Origin: Gemmatales bacterium
GTDB lineage: Bacteria > Planctomycetota > Planctomycetia > Gemmatales > HRBIN36
Assembly: GCA_041640595.1 (NCBI GenBank)
Contig: JBEPZY010000001.1
Coordinates: 928,001 to 992,000, forward strand
Length of the DNA stretch: 64,000 bases
Direction: 5' to 3'
A program made the position numbers and the translations under genes. The stretch's first letter is position 1; each line of letters starts with the position of its first letter. Positions 49,810 through 61,000 of the stretch are shown one piece after another. The notes below the pieces were generated by a model that was given only the letters and a program-made list of their open reading frames with translations, made no database searches and was not told the origin of the DNA.

Positions 49810-51702
49810 TCAAACGCGACCGAATTGGCGTTCCAGTTCCTGCTTACTCAGGAACAGGGCCGTCGGCCGGCCGTGGGGACAGTGATGCGTTTCTGGCAAG
49901 CGAGCGTGGTACTCCAGCAGCATTGCGATTTCCTCGGCACCAAGCGGATCGCCAGCCTTGATGGCAGCACGGCAGGCCATACGTTTGAGCAGGTCGTCCA
50001 GCAAAATCGGCAATTCCGGAAGGCGGTAATGTTCGGCGAAATATTCGGCGGCGAGCTGCACCAGTTCTGTCGCGGAACGCTTCCAGCAGGCTGGCAAGGC
50101 GTGCACCAGCACTGTGCTGCCCCCGAATTCACTCACTTCCAGACCAAGTGCTTCCAGTGCCGAACGTTGTTCCAGCACCACAGCTGCCTGGGCTGGGGTC
50201 AAGTCCACCGGTTCCGGTATCAGCAACGCTTGCTTCGGTAGCGCACCGGCCTGCACCTGGCTTTTGAACTGCTCATAGAGAATCCGCTCGTGCAGTGCGT
50301 GCTGGTCAATCAGCAGCAAACCCTCGGAAGTCTCCGCGAGCAGATAGGTGTTGTGCAATTGCATCGCACGAAGAGCGGGCGGACTGGGAAACAACGTTGT
50401 CGTCGCAGCTGACTCCGATGTTGCCGAAAGCGGCTTTTCTTGCGACGACGATTCTGTCGTGCGGTTCTGCGACTCCTGCTGCGAAATAATGCTGGTTTCC
50501 GTCGCGGTGCGCGTAACAGTGGGTTCTTCCACTTTGCCAGGCGTGGGCTGTTGCGGAGCTTGCTGCCGCTGGTCGGTCGGTTGCCGGTACTGGTCGTATG
50601 GCGCACGCATGCGGCCAGCTGGCTCGAAACGTACCCGAAAAGCCCGGTCAGCGGGATCGGACGCGGTCGCCGCTACTATCGAACTAACCGCCAGTGGCGA
50701 CACACCCGGCGAACCTTGCAAAGCCCGTCGCACTCCCAGTAACACGGCCTGGTGGATTATTTGCGGCTGGCGGAAACGCACCTCGGTTTTCGTTGGATGC
50801 ACGTTGACGTCCACTAATTCGGGCGGCAGCTCGAGATACAGGAAAGCCACCGGTTGCCGGCCCACCATCAGATAGCCGCGATACGCTTCCTGGAGCGCGT
50901 GGGTCAGTGTGCGGTCACGGATGGCGCGCTGATTCACGAAGAAATACTGCCAGCGTCCGTTCGGGCGGGCACAATCGGGATGTCCTACCCAGCCGCTCAC
51001 CCGCACCATTTCCACTGCATACTCAACAGGCATTAGACGGTCGGCCAGTTCCTCGCCAAAAAAGTTTGCGATTCGCTCCAGCTTACCCCAGGAAGCTGGC
51101 ACTTCGAGGACTTCACGGCTATGGTGCAGCAGGCGAAAATGCACTCCGGGAAACGCCAGGGCCAGCCGTTGCACGGTTTCGAGAACCTGACCGAGTTCGG
51201 TCGGAACGCTCCGCAAAAATTTTCGCCGCGCCGGGGTGTTGAAAAAAAGTTGCCGCACTTCTACGCACGTTCCCACCGGTCCCGCCCAGGGTTGCACACT
51301 GCTGACCTGGCCACCCACACATTCAATCTGCCCGCCCAGTTCTGCCTCGGCGGTACGGGACTGGACGCACACCCGCGCCACGCTCCCGATAGCCGAAAGC
51401 GCTTCTCCGCGGAAACCCAGCGTGCGTATGCGCTCCAGATCCTGTGCCTGCTGCAATTTGCTGGTAGCATGGCGGGCAAACACCAGCGGCAGGTCTTCCG
51501 TAACTATGCCGCAACCATCATCCACCACCCGTATCCGTTCGCGTCCGCCCTGATCAAGCTCTACCACGACTCGTGTTGCTCCGGCGTCCAGAGCGTTTTC
51601 GAGCAACTCCTTGACGACACTGGCCGGACGCTCGACCACTTCTCCGGCAGCGATTTGCCCGGCCAGTTGTGGCGGCAGAATCTGGATGCGGGGCGGACTC
51701 AT
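49810..51702 (-). CDS. mutL: DNA mismatch repair protein MutL (endonuclease-type)
   Basis: [47 protein letters not shown]; endonuclease motifs [15 protein letters not shown] and CPHGRP. Confidence 0.98.
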   Translation of the reverse strand: MSPPRIQILPPQLAGQIAAGEVVERPASVVKELLENALDAGATRVVVELDQGGRERIRVVDDGCGIVTEDLPLVFARHATSKLQQAQDLERIRTLGFRGEALSAIGSVARVCVQSRTAEAELGGQIECVGGQVSSVQPWAGPVGTCVEVRQLFFNTPARRKFLRSVPTELGQVLETVQRLALAFPGVHFRLLHHSREVLEVPASWGKLERIANFFGEELADRLMPVEYAVEMVRVSGWVGHPDCARPNGRWQYFFVNQRAIRDRTLTHALQEAYRGYLMVGRQPVAFLYLELPPELVDVNVHPTKTEVRFRQPQIIHQAVLLGVRRALQGSPGVSPLAVSSIVAATASDPADRAFRVRFEPAGRMRAPYDQYRQPTDQRQQAPQQPTPGKVEEPTVTRTATETSIISQQESQNRTTESSSQEKPLSATSESAATTTLFPSPPALRAMQLHNTYLLAETSEGLLLIDQHALHERILYEQFKSQVQAGALPKQALLIPEPVDLTPAQAAVVLEQRSALEALGLEVSEFGGSTVLVHALPACWKRSATELVQLAAEYFAEHYRLPELPILLDDLLKRMACRAAIKAGDPLGAEEIAMLLEYHARLPETHHCPHGRPTALFLSKQELERQFGRV

Positions 51703-53117
51703 GGTGTGGCATTCGGTGTCGGCGTGGCTTCCGACTTATTTCGGCGACGCACTTGCAGCCCCCATTCCTTGATTTTGCGATACAGTGTTCGTTCGCCGAT
51801 CCCCAGCATCCGTGCTGCCTCCTCACGGTTCCCACCGGTCAACTCCAGAGCCTGCTGAATGTAAAACCGCTCGACCACCGCCAGCGGTTTGCCAATCAAG
51901 CTACTTTCAGCCGTCGCCGGCAACACTGCTCCCTGGGCTCGCTGTAACAATTCCCCTTCCGGCAGATCGTCTATACCGAGGATGCCATCGCGGTCATGCA
52001 CCACCATACTGTCAATGACATTTCGCAATTCTCGCACATTGCCTGGCCAATCGTAGGCGGTCAACACCCGCCGCACCTCAGCTGCGATTCCGGTGACCGT
52101 CTTGCCATGCCGCTGGGCCATCTCCTTGAGAAAATGGTGGGCCAGCAGTGTAATATCCTCCCGGCGTTCACGCAAAGGCGGCAACTTGATGGTTACCACT
52201 TTCAGCCGATAGTACAAATCCTGCCGAAACCCTCCCTTAGCCACCAGCGCTTCCAGATCGCGGTGCGTTGCAGATAAAATCCGCACGTTGACCTTGATTG
52301 CCTCGTTGCCGCCGATGCGATAGACTTGCCCGTCTTCGATCACGCGCAGTAATTTCGCCTGCAGTGTCAGCGGCATGTCACCCACTTCGTCCAGAAACAG
52401 CGTGCCACCATTGGCATACTCGAACTTGCCTTTCCGCAGGCGATCCGCGCCGGTGAATGCTCCCGGTTCATGGCCGAACAGTTCGTCTTCGAGCAGGTTT
52501 TCATTCAGAGCGGTGCAGTTGAGCGGCACAAAGGGTTTGTTTTTGCGCGGACTGTTATTGTGAATCGCTTTGGCTACCAGCTCTTTGCCCGTGCCGGTTT
52601 CGCCGGTAATCAGGACTGTCGCGTTGGTCGGAGCGACCTGTTTGAGTTTTTCGATTACCGCATGCATGGCCGGGCTGTTGCCGATCACTCCTTCAAAGCC
52701 GAATTTCTCGTCCAGACGGCGTTGCAACTCCAGATTAGCTCGAGCCAGTCGCTGCCGTTGTGCTACCCGATCCACAACCGCCCGCAACTCGTTAATGTCC
52801 ACCGGCTTGGTCAGGTAGGTCGCCGCTCCCTGCTGCATCGCCGCTACGGCAGTTTTGATGTCGCCATGTCCGGTGATCAACACCACCTCGGCGTCCGGCA
52901 ACTCCATCTTTGCTTTCCGCAGCACCATCAACCCATCAACCGGCTCCATTTTCAGGTCGGTGATGATGACGTCGTAGTTCTCCTTCTCGATTTTGCTGAT
53001 GCCTTCCGAACCGCTGCTCGCCACGTCGCACTCATACCCGATCCGCTCCAGGCTTTCCGCCACTGCCTGGGCATGTGCTTCCTGATCGTCCACGACGAGC
53101 ACTCGTATCGCTTCCAT
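51699..53117 (-). CDS. Sigma-54-dependent response regulator (NtrC/AtoC type)
   Basis: Receiver domain (VLVVDD, ITDLKM), [22 protein letters not shown], Fis-type HTH. Its stop overlaps the mutL start (ATGA). Confidence 0.95.
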   Translation of the reverse strand: MEAIRVLVVDDQEAHAQAVAESLERIGYECDVASSGSEGISKIEKENYDVIITDLKMEPVDGLMVLRKAKMELPDAEVVLITGHGDIKTAVAAMQQGAATYLTKPVDINELRAVVDRVAQRQRLARANLELQRRLDEKFGFEGVIGNSPAMHAVIEKLKQVAPTNATVLITGETGTGKELVAKAIHNNSPRKNKPFVPLNCTALNENLLEDELFGHEPGAFTGADRLRKGKFEYANGGTLFLDEVGDMPLTLQAKLLRVIEDGQVYRIGGNEAIKVNVRILSATHRDLEALVAKGGFRQDLYYRLKVVTIKLPPLRERREDITLLAHHFLKEMAQRHGKTVTGIAAEVRRVLTAYDWPGNVRELRNVIDSMVVHDRDGILGIDDLPEGELLQRAQGAVLPATAESSLIGKPLAVVERFYIQQALELTGGNREEAARMLGIGERTLYRKIKEWGLQVRRRNKSEATPTPNATP

Positions 53118-53546
53118 AGCCTCACTCAGATTTCCTCGGGACAATTTCCTGATGCACCTGCCTTCACCGACCACTACCGAGATTCGAGCGACGGACAAAT
53201 ATGCCGCTCATTCATTCTATAGGGTCGGAACCATCCTCACGGTGATCGCAGCAACTCGGAAATCTGGCATCGCATCAACCATCACGCCTGGCCACCCCGC
53301 TTATCTGCAATGCAGAACAACTTTGCAGTTTGGTGTCGTACAATCCTGCTTGCATCGAGCACGCCCTCTTCCAAAGAAGCGCTGGCCAGACGCCGGCCCA
53401 GGTCGTACAGTCCAGCTTGCATCGAGCACACCCCAGCTGCAGATGGATGCCATGCAAAGAGTAGCCGAAAACATTACCACCGGGCTGGCGATACCGCATG
53501 CGCAAGTGAAGGGATGAATGCTGAGCAAGCTCTCACTCGCAATGCA

Positions 53547-54990
53547 TAAGAGCGGCGGGCGTCAGCCCGCCGTGGTACGTCATAGGACCACTGCGCCGTG
53601 AGAATCGAAGGTTGCTCGGCAAATGTCGAACACACACCCAAGAGCGGCGGGCGTCAGCCCGCCGTGGTTCGGGAATCACACCGGCAGCACCGAGCGTGTC
53701 TCTCCGAACGGGAAACTCGCGTCGCACAGCTGGCTTACGCCAGACACTCCTGGTCGTGTGAACGGGTGCCGTTGCTGATATGCGTTTCCGACCGGCGGGT
53801 GTGTTACGTTCGCCACGGTCGGCTTACGCCGACCGCTCTTGGTGCACGACGTTACGTTCCATCAGGGATTAGCGCCATTTGCGCCGCACAAACGCACATG
53901 CACAAGACCGGCGAACGTCAGCCCGCCGTGGTCAGGGAATCGCACCGGCAGCACCGAGCGTGTCTCTCCGAACGGGAAACTCGCGTCGCACAGCTGGCTT
54001 ACGCCCGACACTCCTGGTCGCGTGAACGGGTGCCGTTGCTGATATGCGTTTCCGACCGGCGGGTGTGTTACGTTTGCCCCGGTCGGCTTACGCCGACCGC
54101 TCTTGGTGCACGACGTTACGTTCCATCGGGGAATAGCGCCATTTGTACTGCACAAACGCACATGCACAAGAGCGGCGGGCGTCAGCCCGCCGTGGTCAGG
54201 GAATCGCACCGGCAGCACCGAGCGTGTCTCTCCGAACGGGAAACTCGCGTCGCACAGCTGGCTTACGCCCGACACTCCTGGTCGCGTGAACGGGTACCGT
54301 TGCTGATATGCGTTTCCGACCGGCGGGTGCGTTACGTTTGCCACGGTCGGCTTACGCCGACCGCTCTTGGTGCACGACGTTACGTTCCATCGGGGAATAG
54401 CGCCATTTGTACTGCACAAACGCACATGCACAAGAGCGGCGGGCGTCAGCCCGCCGTGGTCAGGGAATCGCACCGGCAGCACCGAGCGTTTCTTGCCGAA
54501 TGAGGATGCTCGCATGCCACGGGGGGCTTACGCCCCCCCGCTCTTGGTGGTTCTGCGGTGCGGACATTTGCCAGCGAAACCGAGACTTGTGCGCTACACG
54601 AACGCTCACTTACAAGGGCGGCGGGCGTCAGCCCGCCGTGGTTCGGGAATCACACCGGCAACACCGAGCGTGTCTCTCCGAACGGGAAACTCGCGTCGCA
54701 CAGCTGGCTTACGCCAGACACTCCTGGTCGCGTGAACGGGTGCCGTTGCTGATATGCGTTTCCGACCGGCGGGTGTGTTACGTTCGCCACGGTCGGCTTA
54801 CGCCGACCGCTCTTGGTGCACGACGTTACGTTCCATCAGGGATTAGCGCCATTTGCGCCGCACAAACGCACATGCACAAGACCGGCGAACGTCAGCCTGC
54901 CGTGGTTCGGTATCGCCCTCGCAATCGCAAACGCTTTTCGCAGACCGACTCGCTCCCCGCACCAGAGCTGGCTTACGCCAGCCGCTCTTG
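53547..54990. repeat. Array of 17 REP-like palindromes organised as a 264-bp higher-order tandem repeat (BIME/REPIN-like)
   Basis: Full units start at 53641, 53905, 54169 and 54615, with partial units at 54433 and 54879. Each unit carries three ~29-nt hairpins of consensus CCACGGNNGGCT(T/G)ACGCCNNCCGCTCTTG, one inverted relative to the other two. Confidence 0.92.
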
Positions 54991-55077
54991 AGGCAGAGAG
55001 CGCTTCCGGTGAGGGTAGCCATGTTGCGGTTGGGTTACCGCCACCATCGCGGTTGTTCAACCCGCAAGGGTCGTTCG

Positions 55078-57081
55078 CTACGGCACCGAGGCACGTTTCC
55101 GCGGACCTGGCAGTAAATTGCGTTTGTCCCGATGGTACAATCGAAACGCAACGTCATGGTCGGGATCGCCACCATCGTCATGGCGATTGCGCCCCAGTGA
55201 GTAAATGACGATGCCATCCGCGCTGGTCTTGAACCGGAGCGGGCCGCCGGAATATGCGGCCTGTGGAACATCAGGCAAGTATTGAGGCACCAGTTCATCC
55301 CAGTCCTTGGGCAAGCGACCTTGCTCCAGACGAAATCGTTCCGCTGCCAGTCCCGCCCTCGCTGCAAGTAGATGTTCGCGGCTAAGGAGAAGCCAGCCGC
55401 ACACTGCATGGAGCGAGTCATCGAAGCGATAGAATACGTAAAGGTTTAACCACCAGGTTTCATCGTCAGTAGTAGGACGGGGCCCTGTTCCTCGGCGGAG
55501 TTCTAGATCCAGTTCCTCTTCTGAAATTAGAGCGGCTGGTTCCAAACTGTTGCAAGAGCGCAAAGCAAAAGCGTGTGTGCGTGGCTGCTTAATCTTAAGA
55601 CCCCATAGGAGATACTGGTACCTAAACCATCCCTTAGCAGTCTCGAGCCAATTTTCTTTGGGGTATGGAGCCGATCCGGTCACTACGTTAACAAGCTGTT
55701 GCCACGTTAATGAGCCACGATAGATGTTCGTGAACAACTCGTGCGTTAGTGCTCGTTCGCTGCGCACCATCCACAGAGCTCGCTGGTGATTGATTACCAA
55801 ACGCTTATCCAGGATCTGTTGCATTTCTTCGAGCAGCCCTGGCGACATTTCACCCAAGGCCAAGCGTTGCTCCAACTCCCCCAGGACGACCTCCTCCAAG
55901 AACATACCAGTTCTCTGGCCCTCAACGAACGGATCTTCATCAGCTGAAGCTGCTATTTTCCAGGCTGTGCGTAAGAGCCTATCGGCATCAGCCAGGCGCC
56001 CCGTGACGATGAAGTAATCATGTAAAACCGGCAGACAGCCCCTAAAAGCTGACAAGACTTCTCTATGCGGTAAGGGTGTTTCCCAGGGGATCACTGCCAA
56101 GCTCGGTACCGGTGGCTGGGCTTTATCGTAGGTACTCAAAGAAGCGAACAAAGCGACCAAATGCGGATCAGCATTCACTAGCTGGCCTACTAGTTGCAGT
56201 TGATCGTGAGACCTTCGATTAGGCTGAGCACGGCGGTCCGCAAGCGGCTTCCCCTCCCAAGATCTGGCATGAGGATTCGCCAGGTACCGTTCGGCGATTT
56301 GCTCGATGAGGGGCCAGGCGTTTTCTTCGGGCGGTACTTGTTCGCGCTGGCGGATCAAATCCTCCCAACGCCAGTGCGGATAAATCGCATCCGCCTCCGC
56401 CATTGCCGATTCCAGCTGCGCCAGCCCGCCGAACCACACCACGGTCAGCCAAATCCCAATCGGCCCAATGACCAGACCCACCACACCCACCCCAACCACC
56501 ACCCACCACACCCATCGCCGTCTCGGCCTGCTACGAGTCTGATCTATGTCCGCGAATGGGCCGTATGATGGATTGTCCGTCATCGTTTCCGGGGCGGCTA
56601 ATTCACCACCGGGCTGTACCGGTGCGGTGAGTTTCACGCCCGCTGAATCGGGACCGTTTGCGGTTCTCCCATGCGAGTCAGTAACCGGTGTCCGTGATCC
56701 CTGGTGCTGCCCCGCCGGCAATTCCTTACCAGCCTGTAATGCAGGGCCGTTATCGCCACCGGAAGCTTCCCGCTCAGCGTAGCTGGTTCTGGTTGCCGGG
56801 TCGCTTGACGGTGCCGCAGGGAGGGAACCGACCTCTGGCCGTGCCGCAACGGATTGTCGCGATTCGCCAGCAGTCTGGTGGCCGGCAGTGTCGGCTTTCG
56901 GCAGGGAGACACCAATTTCCGCTGCCTGGTTCAACTCGGTTTGCGGGCGGGTTGTCGCCACATCTAACCCCGACCGTTGCCCGCCACGCTGGCTTTCTTC
57001 GTTTGGAGCAGCATTGCAGGTCTTGGATGCCGACATATTCGCTTCGTTGCCCTGCCCTTGAAACTTTCGTTCGTTGTCCAT
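55078..57081 (-). CDS. Hypothetical single-pass membrane protein (planctomycete family) with a pseudopilin-like C-terminal motif
   Basis: Disordered N-terminus, TM segment WVWWVVVGVGVVGLVIG, C-terminal AAERFRLEQGRLPxxWxELVPQYL...IYSLGRNRHDDGG. GGGGAG SD before ATG 57081; start uncertain. Confidence 0.7.
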   Translation of the reverse strand: MDNERKFQGQGNEANMSASKTCNAAPNEESQRGGQRSGLDVATTRPQTELNQAAEIGVSLPKADTAGHQTAGESRQSVAARPEVGSLPAAPSSDPATRTSYAEREASGGDNGPALQAGKELPAGQHQGSRTPVTDSHGRTANGPDSAGVKLTAPVQPGGELAAPETMTDNPSYGPFADIDQTRSRPRRRWVWWVVVGVGVVGLVIGPIGIWLTVVWFGGLAQLESAMAEADAIYPHWRWEDLIRQREQVPPEENAWPLIEQIAERYLANPHARSWEGKPLADRRAQPNRRSHDQLQLVGQLVNADPHLVALFASLSTYDKAQPPVPSLAVIPWETPLPHREVLSAFRGCLPVLHDYFIVTGRLADADRLLRTAWKIAASADEDPFVEGQRTGMFLEEVVLGELEQRLALGEMSPGLLEEMQQILDKRLVINHQRALWMVRSERALTHELFTNIYRGSLTWQQLVNVVTGSAPYPKENWLETAKGWFRYQYLLWGLKIKQPRTHAFALRSCNSLEPAALISEEELDLELRRGTGPRPTTDDETWWLNLYVFYRFDDSLHAVCGWLLLSREHLLAARAGLAAERFRLEQGRLPKDWDELVPQYLPDVPQAAYSGGPLRFKTSADGIVIYSLGRNRHDDGGDPDHDVAFRLYHRDKRNLLPGPRKRASVP

Positions 57082-58026
57082 TTGACGCTCCCCGCTTCGC
57101 ACCGGGCAGATTGTTCGTGCGTTCGTTACGCCCTGATCGTTGCAACGCGATGGGAAAATCTCAGCAAAGTGCCGGTAATTAACCTCCCCGCCAGGTACAC
57201 TGGCCGTTGCGAGTTTACCCTTGCGTATTGTACCAGGGCGACAAAACATCGGCAGCACAAAGCCCTGGCAGTCGGAGCAATCCGGCAAATGGCGATAGGG
57301 CATGGGCAGCAGGCGTATGGATGCGAACCGGTCACAGGGAGGCTTGCTCCGCTGTTTCCGCAAAGGGCCGCGGCTAAGCTGACGCCCACTCAGGGACACG
57401 GTGAGCACCTGCTGTTGCATGCCGAGGTGGATGACGGTGGTGCTATGAGCGACGACTGGGCTGACACGATAGCACCTGCTGTCGCATTACCGAGGCCCCG
57501 CAGAGATCGGCTACGCTTGTCAGAAAGGCGAGACGACCGGTGGTCGCCAGTGGCTCAGCAACCGCAGCAGGTTCCTGTACCGGTAATAGGTGGCGTCTTT
57601 GCAAAACAGTTCGCCGGTAACCGGCCGGCGGTTAGCTGCCCCGTCCAACTGACGCGGGTACAAGCCGGCCACGTGGGGCACGCTCCATTGCTCGCCATTC
57701 GGCAAGATGCAGACGCTCCAGTCGGCACCGTGGTCACATCCCGAACGTTCGGGGCATTGCAAAGGGTGTGTAGCTGTGGTACAATCGGGATTAGCGCTAC
57801 AGCCGTGGCCGACGTGCTTATCTTACCGGCCACGTTTGCTTGCAGGGATGGTTCTTTGTGGCGCCAGTGTCCTAAATTTGCCAGGGACGGAAGCAGGAAA
57901 AGCAATTGCCGCAGCCGATGATCAGGATTGGCGCGGCCCGGAACAGAGGCGTTTGCACAAGAGGCTTGCTGGTGCCAACGTCTCGCCGCTATCAGTCGCT
58001 CCCCATTCAACCCTGGAGGGACCTCC

Positions 58027-61000
58027 ATGCTGCGCTGGCTTGCTCGGTGGTGGTCTGGCCGTCGCAGAACTGCATCAGCCCAGACGGTAGGGCGGCGATC
58101 GCGGCGAAGCCGAGCTTCGCGGTTTCGTCCGCAGCTTGAAACGCTCGAAGAGCGCACCGTTCCCTCGACCAGCATCCCGCTGAATCCGTTGACCTGGGCC
58201 CATTTCGGCCCGGCTCCGATTCAGGCTTTCGGACAACCTACTAACCCGCTCGCTGGGCGTGTCAACGCAGTGGCCGCTCATCCGACCAATCCGAACATTT
58301 ACTACCTGGCCACAGACGGCGGCGGGGTCTGGAAAACGACCAATGGAGGTACTACCTGGACGTGGATAACCAATCAGCCGAACCTGCCGTCGCAAGTTAT
58401 CGGAGCCATTGCGGTTGCTCCGACCAATCCCAACGTGATTTACGCGGGCACCGGTCGCGCCGATTTCAGCGTGGATTCCCGGTACGGTCAGGGGCTGTAC
58501 GTATCCACGGATGGGGGCAACACCTGGTTTGTTACCGACGGCGATAGCGATCCGGACGGGCCGGCAGGCACCGACACCAATTTGCGGGATGGGCCGTTTT
58601 TCCGAAGGGTGATCACCGCTATTGCCGTGGACCCGACCAATGCCAGCACCGTTTACGTCGCCCTTACTGAAGTCGGCATGACCCATCAGCGAACTACTGC
58701 CACTGATGATACACGCTCCGGTATTTACAAGTCCACGGACGGCGGCAGAACCTGGACGAACATCACCTGGGACAAAATTGTTGACCTGAGCAGCAGCACC
58801 GTGTCGGCAGTTAACCTGTATTTCAGCGACGTCCTGGTTCGGCCAGATAACCCGAACGTGGTGTTCGCAGCCGTAGGCGATCCGCGTGGCTCCGACCTGA
58901 ACGGCTTGTGGAAAAGCTCCGATGGCGGCAACTCCTGGACGCGAGTCCTTTCCTTCCCGTCCGGCAAATTCGAACCGCGTGTTGGCGTGATTGACCTGGC
59001 TATTTCGCAGTCCAATCCGAACATAATGGCCGCAGTCATCACCGACGCTGGCAGCAGGCCGGATGGTGCACTGTATCGGGTTCTGCGGACTACCAACGGC
59101 GGTACCACCTGGACACTGGCGACCAATCTCCCGGCCAGTCCGCCTATCAATCACCGTCACGCTCGCATAGCCATTCATCCGTTCAATCCCAACATCATGT
59201 ACCTGGCCGGCGATTCCGGACCCAATAGCCTGCTTTTGTCGCCGAACGGAGGCAGCTTATGGCAGGACATTTCCAGCGCTGGGACGAATCCGCCCCATCC
59301 GGGCCACAACTTTCTGGCATTCGATGCCAATTCCCGCTTACTTGTCGGCAATAACGGCGGTATCTGGCGCTTTGATGGTACTGCCTGGAGCAATCTCAAC
59401 GCCACGCTTAGCATCACTAACGTCAACAAAGTCGGAGTCAGCTTTTTCAATCAGGACATCCTGTTTGCCGGTACCGCGTACAACGGCTTGATTCGTTTCG
59501 ACGATGGCGTCGGCTGGACTACGCCCATGATCACGAACCTAACCTCTCCCAACTACGCCGACGCCGGCGAAATCATTGTTGATCCGCTCAACCCGAGCGT
59601 CGTTTATGCCATTCATCTGGAATCTTCTCCCAATCCTTTGTATTTCCGCATAATGGCTTCAACTGATGGCGGCTTCACTTTCCAACCCCTGAACCTTTCC
59701 GAAACATTGGCTTATGGCCGGTACAGCTTGCTTGACGTCACGTTTGACATACGACCTTACTATCCGTTTTTCGTAATAGACCCGTCGTTTGAAGCACTTT
59801 ATTCGAATGCCATCGCCGCCGGGGCCCGGGGGCGATTGGTGCTAGCTGGCATTCACGGCGGTAATCCTAGTTACGTCTTTGCCGGGGGAACCCCAAGTGC
59901 TCCCATAACCGCCTTTGCAACGTATCAATCAGCCACGAACCCATCTGGAAATCCAGAACGGGGTTGGTTCACAAAAGCAGACGGTGGTGTTGATACTTCA
60001 ACTGGTCCGATACTCGGACCTTCGCCCTGGGTAAGTGTCACACCTTTCCCCGGTTTCCAGGGGCGATGGAGCGATATTGCCATCAGTGGTTCTGACCCGG
60101 TCGATCAGGGAACCGCCTATATCGTGGCCGATGCGTTTCGCGACGAAGGATTGCCGAACGGTCAGGTTTACGTGACCACCGATGCGGGGGTTACCTGGAT
60201 TCCGATCGGCCAGGGCTTGCCCGATACGCCTATCCAGTCAATTGTCGTCGAAGCACGACGACCAGGCTTCCTGGACGACATTCTTTATGTGGCCACCGAT
60301 CAGGGTGTTTATCGCGGCTTTTATGAACCGACCACAGCTCAGTGGATCTGGACCCGTTTTTGGGACAATCTGCCTGACCTGCTGGTCACCGACCTGGATT
60401 TCAACCCGTACTACAATCAGTTGTTTGCCAGCACGTGGGGCAAAGGGGTTTACGGCGTCCTGATCAACCAGAACCTGCCCCCAATGGTAGCCCCGCTCCC
60501 ACCGCAAACAGTTTCTGAGGATCCACCTCTGCCACTGGTGTTCTCGTCAGGAACGGGTAACCAAATCGTGGTGGCCGATCCTGATGCCGAGGCTTCGCCG
60601 CTTCGGGTTACCCTCACCGTCTCCAATGGCAAGCTCACACTGGCTTCCAATGCCGGACTGACTTTCCTGGCAGGCGACGGCAACGCTGATGCGACGATGA
60701 CGTTCGAGGGCACGCTCACGGCGATCAACAATGCCCTCAACGGTCTCGAATATATGCCCAATCCCGATTTCAGCGGTACCGAAACGCTCATTATTACGGT
60801 CAACGACCTCGGTCATAATGGTCCGGGAGGCCCGCAAACCACCACGGCCACGATTATGATCAACGTCACCCCCGTCAACGACGCTCCTGTTCTGGATGCC
60901 AGTGGCAACCCGTTCCTGGATGACATTCGCGAGGACGACGTTGCTAATTCTGGCACACGGATTAGCGATTTACTGGCGCGCACCGCCGGTGTTACCGACG

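Noticed and set aside
53547..54990. CRISPR array (about 29-nt palindromic repeats with 55-70-nt spacers)
   Set aside because: Repeats occur in both orientations and vary in the stem, the spacers are themselves duplicated, and no cas genes are present.
53598..54991. Repeat-protein ORFs (301, 217 and 194 aa) over the array
   Set aside because: The unit length of 264 is a multiple of 3, so frames stay open passively. ORFs appear on both strands with no SD, and conservation follows DNA hairpins rather than codons.
56977..59178. ORFs of 314, 206 and 367 aa around the adhesin start
   Set aside because: Shadow ORFs overlapping better-supported genes or their promoter region.
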